Source of the DNA: Camelus ferus
Lineage: Eukaryota
DNA: 64,000 nt
Direction: 5' to 3'
NCBI RefSeq assembly: GCF_009834535.1
Contig: NC_045701.1
Coordinates: 92,380,001 to 92,444,000 of the forward strand
Position numbers and translations under genes: made by a program. The notes under the pieces are model-generated. The model ran no database searches and was not told the DNA's origin. It was given only the letters and a program-made list of their open reading frames with translations. This document shows positions 1 through 12,000 of this stretch, in pieces. Every line of letters starts with the position of its first letter. Positions within the stretch are counted from its first letter, which is position 1.

Positions 1-181
1 TGTTTCCTTCTGGGGGAGGCTGACAGAAATACAGGTTGCCCAGTTCAACCTGAGGTTCAGGTTGGAGTACTGCTGACGGAACGGGGGCTCATGTCCACCA
101 GGACGTGATTCCCGCAGACCAGCTGCATGTGCGCGAGCGCGTGCGTGTGTCCCACCGGGCCGACTTTCCGCAGATACTCAC

Positions 182-336
182 CACGTCGGCTGCGTGCTCA
201 ATGAAGATCTGGTTGCCAAACTTGATCTTCTCGACCACGTTCCCGGGGACATCTGCCCGCAGGCACTGCTGCTGAGCGATGAGCTGCTGAAGACGCCGGC
301 TGGGGAAGGCGTCCTCCGTGCAGACGTACACGGCCC
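182..336 (-). CDS. XRCC3: XRCC3 coding exon 4 ([52 protein letters not shown]); gene continues off-window
   Basis: Translation matches the recalled human XRCC3 RAD51-paralog ATPase region; cag acceptor at 337-338 and GTGAGT donor at 181; 155 nt, phase consistent. Confidence 0.95.
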
Positions 337-799
337 CTGCGAAGCCAGAGTGCGGTGAGCAAGCTGTGAGGCCTCCTTCCTTTCTAACGCCGCCCCTCGC
401 GGGGCCTGCCCTCCGACAAGGATGGAGGCCGGCTGGTGCGGGCCTCCCACCACAGCCCCCTTGCCAACAGGGTGTCACCCTGTGGGTCTGCCCCCGGGCT
501 GTCCCAGGTGGAAGAAGTGGAGTATCAGGGCCTCCCAACTTCTCCCGACTTTTGGAAATGCCCCTCCCGCAGACGTAGGGAGCTGCCCCTCCAAGGCTCT
601 GTTGGGCAGATGTTTCCTCGATTCCACCGTCAAAGCTCCTCCTGTGATTCTGGGCTACGAGGGTAACTGCTGCCCCTGGAAAAGCTAGTAAACAAAAAGC
701 AGGTGACGTGTCACCAGGAACCTGGAACCCCCACCAGGGATGGACCCGGAGTCCTGCAGCTTAAAAGGACCAGGGGCATCTGCAATAAGCAGTGTTCGT

Positions 800-1965
800 A
801 GCAGCTGATTGTCAACAAAGGTCCCAGGACCATTCAGTGGGGAGAGTAGTCTTTTCAGCAAATGGTGCTGGGACAACTGGACATCCACACGCGAGAGAAT
901 GACTTAGACCCTAACCTCACACCTTGTATGAAAATGAAGTCACAACGGATCGGATGCAGGAGCCCAACCATAAAACTCTCAGAAGGAAACGCAGGGGTAC
1001 ATCTCATGACCTTGGATGAGGCAGCAGAGTTGCAGACATGGGCGCAAAGGCACAAGTGAGGAGAGATGGGAACAGGACGTCAGCAAAGCGAAAACTTCCT
1101 GCTTCAGAGGACAACATCGTCAAGACGACGAAAAACAACATTCAGAAGGAAGCAACACCGCACATCATGTATCTGATGAGAGTCTAGCATCCAGATTGTG
1201 TAAAGCTCTCCTATAACTCAACCACAAAAAGATGACCCAAGCTTTTCAATGGGCAAAAGATCTGAACAGACATTTCTCCAAATGGCCAGCAGCACACAGA
1301 GATGCTTGACACATCAGTCATGAGGGGAACACAGCCTCACACCCACCAGGACAGCCAGCATCAAAAAGCCAAGTGCCCGTGGGGATGGGGAGGGACTAGG
1401 CCCTCCTACACTTGTTGACGGGAAGTAAGATGGCGCCGCCGCTGCCGAAGACAGCCCGGCAGTTCCTCAAAGAGCTAAACACGCAGCTACCATATGATCC
1501 AGCAATCCTACTCGGTGTCCCGTCACCGAAAGCCACTAGTAAACGAAAGGTGTGAAGGACCCAGATGCCTGTCAACAGAGGAATGGGTAACTCAGTTGTG
1601 GTCGAGACACACAGTGGAATGTTGCTCAGTCATAAAAAGGAATGAAGTAGTGACATGTGTTCCAATGTGGACGAACCCTGAAAACGTTACACTGAGACAC
1701 AGAAAGTCATGTGATCCCGTCTATTTGAAAAGCCCAACAGGCGAATGTGCAGAGACCAGAGCAGATGGGGGCTGCCCGGGGCTGGGGAGGGAGAATGGGG
1801 AGTGACTGCTCAATGGGGACAGTTTCCTTTCTGGGTGAAAAAAATGTTCCAGAATTAGATCGTAGTGATGGCTGCAAGCTTTGTGAATGTACTGAAAACT
1901 GATGAACCGTAGACTTGAAGAATGAATTTTATGGTATGTGAATTATGTCTCAATTTTAAAAGAAG
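800..1965 (+). mobile_element. Old L1 (L1M-type) ORF2 3' end and 3' UTR remnant in an XRCC3 intron
   Basis: Recognisable L1 segments (caaatggtgctgggacaactgg, atatgatccagcaatcctactc, ttatgtctcaattttaaaag); no intact ORF. Confidence 0.8.
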
Positions 1966-4030
1966 AAGAAAGGCCAGTGATCTGGCTGAGCCCCGGACTC
2001 GCAGGGCCACGCTGAACTCCTGTTCCGGTCACTGCCCGGCCCTGGGAGGGGGGGGACACGAAGAGACAGCAGCGCCCACGCCGCAGTCTGCGTGTCCTGC
2101 TGTGAGTGGGCCTTTCACTTTGATCTAATTCTGTTTCAACACAATTTCAACCTTGGTGAAGATGAGGAGACGAGACCACCCCCCACCGCGCCTGACCCTG
2201 TCGGTGGTGAGCTTGTGACCCCCAGCCCTTCCTAAACCTTCTTGGCGTGTTCCAGGTCTTTCCTGGGGGCAGTGCTGCCTGGGGAACACCCCTTGTCACG
2301 CCGCCAGGGCAGCCCTGAGTCACCCTGTTCTCCACATCCCGGGGGAGGGGGCTGGACGGAAGGTTCAGAACTGAGCCTGCCTCCACATGCGTGGTCCTCC
2401 AAGCCCCTCCGCCTGCTCGACGATCCTCACCCCCACATCTCGTTAGGGGAGGTGTGCGGGGCACTCGCCACGCTGCCCCCACCCGGCAGAGGGCCTGCGC
2501 TGTTGCTGAGATGGCTTTGAGAAGCTGGCAGGAAGGTGGCCCTGGCCCAGCTCCACATTTTCTTAAGTGCAGGATTCAAAGTAACTCTGAAGCCACTCGA
2601 CCATTATTGTCAAAATTAGGGCTTTCAGACCTGATTTAGGGAAGCCACTTTCTCAAGAAAACATGCACTGGACCCAACGTTTAACGTGGTCACGGTGGCC
2701 GTGGGGCCTCCCTCCCGCCAGGCCACTGCAAGGCGTCACCCAGGCCTGGCTCTCCTCTTCCCTCACGCCCCGCTCCCGTGCCGAGAGCTGCATCTCTGCA
2801 AACAGATACTGGTCCTTGCCCGCCCTGCTGGCTCTTCTGCCCAGGACCTCACTGGTCACTTGGGAACCTGGGGCTCCCAGCCTCATGTCCACCGGCTCTG
2901 GGTTCCCAGGGTCCTTGTCCATGTCTGACAGGCGTGGGAAGGTCCACAGAGGAGGCAGGCACAGCTGGGAGCATGGCCTCGGTCTCCCGGTGGAGTCCAG
3001 GTCACCAGCAGGGGTTGCCAGGAATCCATGTGAGGTGACTGTTACCAAGAGGGGAGACCCCGGGTTGCATGGTGGTAATGGGGGTTGGGGGAGGCCCTCC
3101 AGACCAGCTGTGGACGAGGCAGCCACATGCGCTGGAATCGGGAGAGCACACAGGCAGGGCCCCGAGCTGGGGCATGAGGGACCAGGCTTTACCAAGGGAT
3201 GTTATCAGGGCATTGGCATCGGCGGGTGGGGGGCCCAGGCCCCAAGCAGCTCTGAGGACCTGCCCTGCGGTGCCCCTTCCTTTCTCCCGGTGAGTCAGCA
3301 CCTGCTGTGTGCCTGGCGCACTGTGTACAGAACACGGACGCCAATGGGTGACTACACCAGTCACGGTCCAAGGAGAAAACTGGGGTTCCCAGGGACCCCA
3401 CTGGGCTGACACACCCAGATCACTGTGGGGTAAGAGGACCAGGCCCAGGAGCTTCAGGATGGAGGCTCCGCCTGTCCCACCATACCTGCCTCCCCTGAGA
3501 AGGCAGAGGCGGGAGCCCCGGACACACCGATCCAGGGGGACCCCATCCCAGTTGTGAGCAGGCGCAAGACTCATTTCACAGCAGGTCTTTTGGGGAGTGA
3601 ACCCAGCATGCCCACTTTCAAGGTCACATCGGTCCACCCAGGTGCCGGGTACCTGCCCTCAGGCCTCCACAACGCCTGCCTCTGGTGTGAGCGCCTCCAC
3701 TTCCGGCCAGGAGACCCACACTGAACCCTGCGCACCAGGTCTGGGGACAGATGGCCTGGCGGGCAGGGAACAGTGAGGACGTGTGTAAGTTTCACAGGGC
3801 CCGAGGAGCCTCATGTCCACTCTGGTTCTCACGATGAAATGGTTTTTAACATCTAAGGACGCCTTGGAAATGCTGGGACCCCTGAGACCCTGGCTCGGCC
3901 AGCCCCCCCGCCCTCGGCTCCTTCCTGGGAAGAGAAACGCGACATCTGGTGCGTGCCGGCCCCGCGGGTGTGTGGGGGAGCCTGCGGGTTGGGGTGCGGC
4001 CAGGTCCATGGCCCCAGGACCCTGCGCTCA

Positions 4031-4858
<828 letters not shown>

Positions 4859-5344
4859 CTGAAATTATACAAATAAGTAATAGGACAAGCACAGTAGCAC
4901 ACGGCAGCACAGCAGTGACGACAGGGGCCTCCCAGCTCTGGGGACACCGTGGGCGGAGGGCCGGATCAGCCTGCTCCCTGAAGTTGCAGGAACCCCAGGC
5001 AGGATGTGATGACATCTGGACAGAAGGGAAGGGGCCTGGGGGAAGCCCCCTCTCAGCTACAGCAGAAGACAAGCACATAGGGGCCTCTGCCCGGGTCTGT
5101 CCCTGAACACACCCCTCAAGAAAGGCCTGCGTGTACACAAGCCAGAGACGGAGGCCGGGGCGCGGGTGAGTGTAGGGGAGCCACACCGGGGGAAGGGTCT
5201 GCGAAGGGACCCATCCGACGCCTACTGAACCAAGGGGCTGGGAACGCGGGACGGGGGGGCAACAAGAGGAGAGAGGGGCTAAAGCATCTGGGAGGGAGGG
5301 TGACTGGGTAATGCGCCCGAGGGGCTGGTGTTTTGGGAGGAGAG

Positions 5345-5650
5345 TGAATAAACTAATTTTGAGCTTAGATAAGACTATTACTTTCAAACTAGTAAAAAGA
5401 AAAAAAATATGCTAAAAATATATCCAACCAATCCAGAAGCAGCCAAAAAAAGAGAACCACAACCACGAAAAAGAAATAGGACAAACAGCTCAGCATAACA
5501 AGGGAGAGCTAAGCCCAATTTGTCAGCAGCTACCTTAAATCCATACACACTGAACACTCTGGCTAAAAGACACGGATGGTCAGACTGGATAGAAGGAAGA
5601 ACTAAACCAAACTACTGATATGCCCTTAAAGAAACAACAGCTAAGCCTGG
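5345..5650 (+). mobile_element. Degenerate L1 fragment
   Basis: A-rich patch with L1 ORF2-start-like text (aaagacacggatggtcagactggatag) in GC-rich surroundings. Confidence 0.45.
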
Positions 5651-5778
5651 AGGGGCAGGACGTCACCCCACTGCTGCACTCGCCCCCACGCGCACTCAGT
5701 GCTCCCACCATGCGCTCAACCAGCATCAGGATGTTGGAAGTTCACGTTAACATTAACTTTAAAAAAGTTCTTTCAGTT

Positions 5779-5780
<2 letters not shown>

Positions 5781-5822
<42 letters not shown>
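5781..5822. repeat. (AC)21 microsatellite
   Basis: Directly visible perfect dinucleotide run. Confidence 0.97.
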
Positions 5823-5824
<2 letters not shown>

Positions 5825-6003
5825 AAAAGCCTGCAGCACGTTCCAGTCTCAATGCTCTGACTGGGATCAATCGTCTTGGGAAGGAGTAAGCAAAGGGAGG
5901 GTCCTCGAGGCCTGGATACACGAGCTTGTACACACGTCCTGTATGGAGCATGGCACGTTCATACTTTTCCATCATCATTTTATATAAATATCAGTAAACA
6001 CAC

Positions 6004-6058
6004 CTTTCTTCACTGCAGCAATAATTCTGGGATTCAGGTCCAATTGATCTAAATCCAT
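6004..6058 (-). CDS. XRCC3: XRCC3 first coding exon (MDLDQLDLNPRIIAAVKK)
   Basis: ATG at 6058 in strong Kozak context (ataATGG); matches the human N-terminus MDLDLLDLNPRIIAAIKK; GT donor at 6002-6003. Confidence 0.95.
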
Positions 6059-8185
6059 TATCTTCAGCAGGGTGACCAGAAAGACAGATATCACCTCCCA
6101 GGGACAGTGATTCCAACACACTTGCTGTCACTCCGAGCCGCCCAGGAGCCGAGTGCAAAGGAGTGTCCGTGGCCTGGGTGTGCGGTCCCTTCTGTGACTG
6201 GGGTTCACCATCGGCCCAGAGGTTGGAGAGACTTCACTGTACCAGGAACACCGCTGATAAATCTAGGGCAAACCTTCTGCAGGCCAATTAACTCAGAAAC
6301 CTTGGACTCAATGCCCACACACACATGCATTTGAAGAAATCCCCCAACCCCCTGCATTCTGACGGTCAGCCCATTTCATCCTCTGCAAAAGAAAAGAAAG
6401 GAGCACCTGTCCCAGCCTCACCCTTGCCAGGCCCGGGGTCCAGGTGAGTACCCTGCCCTGACCCACTGCTCTGGGGCGACGCTGGGGACCTGTGTGCACT
6501 GGGCTCACTCAAATGAAGTGGGTTTTACATCCTTCAGTTTAAAGTCCCTGAAATGTGTCTCCACGGGGATCTGGAAAGAGTGGAAAAAGGGAGTGGAGAA
6601 TATTGAAGGACAGGAAGCCGGAATGTCTGTGACCACTAGGCTGCTTAGGCAGAGAACAATGGAGGCTGTGGCCCGCAGCCCTCAACCCTCACCAGGCAAG
6701 CCTGTGGCGGCCCCCTGGTGGAAAGGCCCCTCCCACGGCCTGAGCACGCAATTCTGTGGGAGCCCAACGCTGCTGGCTACCTCGGCAAGTCACCCAGTGT
6801 TCCAGCGTGGCCCACCAAGAAGTGAAGCAGGGCGGGGATGCCCAGGCCGGCAGTCACTCAGGCCGGATCTGGGGTCAGTGTCCAGCAGCAAGGCCTGGCG
6901 CCCCGGGGGCTCGCAAGGCCAAGAGGAGGTGGCACACTGTGGGCTTTGCCTTTCAGTGCCTGGGATACGGTACTGACGTAGACACTATCAGGTTGTTTTT
7001 GAGGCTTCCAGAGCCAGGCCACCAGCACTCTCTGTTTCACACAGTCTGGTCAGGGAGACAGGGCTGGCAGGGGCGATGGGCAAGATGCCCAGAAAAGGCC
7101 GAATTGCAGCATCAGCTGCAGCAGGGCAGGGGACCACTGCCATGTGCTTGTGGGACCCTGGAGGCAGCTGCTGGGTGGAAGGAGCTGGGCGCCTGGGGGC
7201 TGGTCTCCTGCCCAAGCACAAGGCTCCCGGGCCCTGCAGCCCGTGGGTTTGCCCAGCCAGCAAAACCATTTGGTCTCCACCCTCTGGAGAACTCAGTTAT
7301 CCACAGGCTAACCTGCCTGGGGGTGTCCAGCTGCATTGGGAGCAGCCCACTCTCACGACTGGGCATGTTTTCTGGCTCCCCCCCAGAAGAGGGCAGCAAT
7401 GAGCACTCCTTCACCCTAGGCTGCTGGGGGAAGATTTCACCCGGACCTTGGGTGGCCACACAGGTCCTCTCACACCTGGGCAACCACTGTGGTTTCTCCA
7501 GAGCTGCCCAGCCTAGACTACTGGGTCCCCTCCCTTCTCAGGACCCTCTTATTCGTCTGGGAACCTCTTCTCTTTTCAGCCCCTGTAGCTTTGAGCTCTC
7601 CCGACTCCGCAGTGCCTACCCCACACCCGGGTGTCCAGCAGACCCCTGACTTGGCCGTCCCCATGGACCAGGGCGTCCCGCAGATGCAACCTGCCACCCA
7701 CGCACACCTGCTCGTCCCACTCAGCGCTGCATCCCCGTGGTCGTCCACCTGCCACCCTTGACCCTACCCTCTCCCTCCTCTAAAACCCGGTTCACCGTTC
7801 ACCCCAGGGCCCCTGGCCTGCTGCCACGGCCCAAACTGGCCCCGCAGCTGGGCGGCCTCCTCCAAACCCTGCGAGCCGGCGGCCCTAAGGGCCGGCCGCT
7901 CCCTTCTCACCCTGGCTCTCCATCCCGCGCTGCACCGGCCCCGAGCTCCCTTCCACCACCAGGGCCCCGCGAGGGCCCTCTCTCCCGCCCTCCCTCCCGC
8001 GCGCCCGCGGGTCCTAACCGCGGCTCAGGGGCGTCGATGACGCAGGACTCCGCCCCCTGGAGAGCCCCGCAAGAGGGCCACACAGGCGCCGAATTTGACC
8101 CCGTCCGCTCCCAGGGGCTCACGAAGCCCAAGGCCGCCTCAAAGCCCACCCCCGCCCCGTCCAAACGACCACTCTGCGATCTCAC

Positions 8186-8244
8186 CTCGCGCGCTCCACA
8201 CGCTTCCTAGCGCCTTCCCGCCCCTCGCAACCTCCTCCTCCAAT
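8186..8244 (-). other. XRCC3: Putative XRCC3 non-coding exon 1 (5' end approximate)
   Basis: Minus-strand GAG|GTGAGA donor at 8185; resembles the recalled human XRCC3 5' end (attggaggag...); internal 5' UTR exons not located. Confidence 0.6.
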
Positions 8245-8587
8245 GAACGCCGGGCGCCCTGCGACCGATGTGCCAATAAGAGACGAAGCAGCGCCCACGC
8301 AGCAGACTAATTGGCCAATCCAAAGTCTCAATTGCCCCGAGAGGGGCGGGGCGTGCTCGGGCCGGCCCTCACTGCCTATTGGTGACAGACCGCAGGGTGC
8401 CAGGGGAGGTGCCCTCGTTCCGATTGGACAGCGCAGCGACAGGGCGGATCCTGGGCGCCGATTGGCCCGCGCTCCGGGCCGGGCGAGACTATTGGGCGCG
8501 GGCGCCGTCAGCCGCGCTGGCGGGGCGGGGCGGGGCGGGGCTCCCGACGGGGCGAGGACCCGGTCGCGCGCGGCGGGCGAGCGCTGA

Positions 8588-9040
<453 letters not shown>

Positions 9041-12000
9041 TGAGCTGCTGAGCTGGAACCCCGCGGGACAGCCGAGGAGTCCGGCGTTTGTTTACCAAAC
9101 AGCATCCTCCCTGGAGGACCCTCGGGGTCTGCACTGCGCGGCGGGTGGTGTTTGAGGGAGGTCTCGGGTGTGAGTAGGCGTCTCCGGACCGAGTCTGGAG
9201 GGCGTCCGGGCTGGCGAGCTGCACCTGCTCCCGAGAGGTGCGGGGCGGACAGGCATGAGCTGTCCCGTCGGCAGAGTGGGTGCGGCACCTTCTGAAGGCC
9301 CTTCTGTGCCGGCCCAGGAGTTTGGACAGGATCCCGTAAGCCAGTAATTCTCAGCTACGTGAAGCCGTGCGAAAAACTTCGTGCATTCCTGTAAATCACA
9401 AATGTCTGAGACACCAGCGCTCCACGATTTTTGAAAAGGCTATAAGTTACTGCTCCCTCACGCATTGTGATCGACTACTTTTCCTCCCTTCCCTGAGAAT
9501 CACCTATCAGGCGGCAGGTTTTCTGCTGAGGAATGCAGTCAGGTGTTTCTAAGAGACTGGAATGCAATCAGGTGTTTTTTAAGACTCTGGTGGTGAGTTG
9601 CCCAGAAGCTGGGGAGGGGCCGTGGGGCCAGCCCCGGGGAAGGGCTCAGTCCTCCGTCCTGGTCCTGCCGGGGCTGCTCTTTCCACTTAAGCGGCACCGC
9701 CCTGGCGCCCTGAGGGGAGCTGGCAGTCACCAGGTGCCTGCAGTCAGGGCACAGAGAGGGCGCCGTGCTGGGGAGTGGGTGGCGGGGTCACTGAGCTGGG
9801 CCACGTCGCCCCTCCCCTCTTGTTCTTTGTTGACCTGTTTGTGCTCTCTTCTGCATTTTTCTCTTGGTCCTTGTACACTTTGAACTAACAGAACGTACCT
9901 TTCCTCACTTGGTCTCCTCGGTTAGTGCAGTGAGAGATGATTAAAGGAAAAAGGAGGTGTTATCGTGGGTCTGGTTCCCATACATAAGCGCATGTCAGAC
10001 TTCATCTAACTGGATCCGTGAGAGAAGCAGGTGGACATTATCATGGTTCAAAGACCAGTCAAAGCAGCACGAACTGACAAGGAGCAGGCACGAGCACGTG
10101 AGGGAGAATTTCTCTTCCCTGTGGGGGAGGGGAGCCCAGGCGCCCGAGCGCCCGGTGGGCCGGGTGTCTGCAGTGTCTGCAGCTCCCTGAGCGGTCGCCC
10201 GAGGGTGTCCCCGAGGCCAGGCTGATGTGTCTCAGCCTTTGCCCACTGCTGCCCCTTGAGGACCCTCTTTAGACGTTTTCCGTCCGGTTGATCCCCTGGG
10301 GAATGGCTGGCACAGGGATGTGAGCCCCGCTGCTCGGAGCATGCGGACGTGCGTGGAAACACGGTCTAGCCGGGGCACCGCTGCTGTGCGACCTTGGGAT
10401 CCCCACTGCCATTCCTGTCCAGGGCCCCTCGCTTTTTCCTGAAATCCTCGTTGCATAGGTTTTCCCACGTAAGTTGCCTTTCTGTGTGGGCCTCGTATTG
10501 CAGGGCCACGCGGTGAGGTGCGCCTGGAGCTCTGCCCAGCCGACTGGAGAACTCAGGAGACTGACAGGGTCGGGCTGAAAGACTCGAATCAGCGTGGCAC
10601 CCCATCCTTTAACAGACGTTTCGCTCCGTGCTGGCGGGGTGGCGGGTGCCCTTCAGAAACACTGATCTGAGCTCACAAACCCCTATTTGTGGTCTGAGCA
10701 GCCAGAGGAGGCCTGAGAGGCCGAGGGAGCTTGGAGGACGGGAGGAGGCCTCTGAGTGACTGTGGACTACTTTCTGAGTCTGAGGAAGTTTGTCTTGAAA
10801 TTTACTGGGACATGCCCCAGAGTCGAGAAATTACCAAAGGGAGCATTCTGGAGGAAAAGGACCTTGGACTGGGGCAGCTTGGGCTGGGAAGTTTGGGATG
10901 GAGCCTGGGATGGGTCAGTCTGCTCCTTGCCTGGTCGGTGCTTCCAGAATGTCATGATCACAATCACTGTGTTTTGGGAGGGGCAGGTTTACCTGTGGTG
11001 GTCTGGAGTAGGCGGAAGAATTAGGTAGAGCAGGGCCGGAGGTGACATGTCATCTTTGGCTTCCTCCGACATCCCCCATTCTCGCCCTTGTGTGGGTTAG
11101 TGTTGCTGTCATGTCTGTAGACACCCTCCCCTCTTGTCATTCCAGCTGTCTCCCGCTGGTCCGAGGCCAGCCCATTCTGCATCTGTTACTGGGTGCGTGA
11201 CCCTGAACCAGGTTGTTAGCTTGGGCCCTGGGGGACACCCCTACAAGTGCGGGAAACGTCTGCGGCTCTCGGCTTCTCAGGGGGTTTCCTGCCTCAGAAA
11301 TAACTGGGGATTTCTTTTCTAGTGTCAACGTCAAGGATTCCACAGTGCGTGCCTCCCTGGGAGCTGGTGAGGCCAGGAGGCAGTGGGGGAGTGTGGGGAG
11401 TGGGCTTGGGGTGCGCTGTTTGGCATGTAGCCCCAAATACTGAGTTTTCTCCTTGAAATCCGTGCAGTTTTGCATGCTCACCCCCTTTTTTTCCCATCCT
11501 CGGCACTGGGTGTAACCAATGATGACGGCTCTGTGCTGTCATTTTGATGCTCAGATACCCTGCAGATGCAGAACCAGGGAGGGGAGAGCATGGTGTGTCA
11601 GATAAAAAACAAGGTCAGACTTAGGTGGGGAGAGATTTATGGTCATTGTAGGAGGGGAAGCTCCAACCAAGGGGTCTGCAAACTGTCCAAGACCAGGCAG
11701 CAACGGGTTTCCTTCGTGGGAGGAGTGACCCAGGCTAGAAGGGGAGGGGGTGAGCGGTGGAGGTGGAGGGGCAGGTGCTGATCTGACAGCACATCAGGGG
11801 AGGCATCACCCCAGGCTAAGCGGAGTTTGGGGGCCTAAAGGAAGGAGAGAAGATTGATGAAAGTTTTGTCAGGTCAGTGGGCATTTTATTCTGACGGATG
11901 AGTGGGGACAGACTGGTCAGCAGTCACATTTGGGGTCTGTGTCTGGCTTGTCGTGGGTGAGCAGGGGTGTCTGTGAGTTTTCTCTAAGTCACATGGGGAG

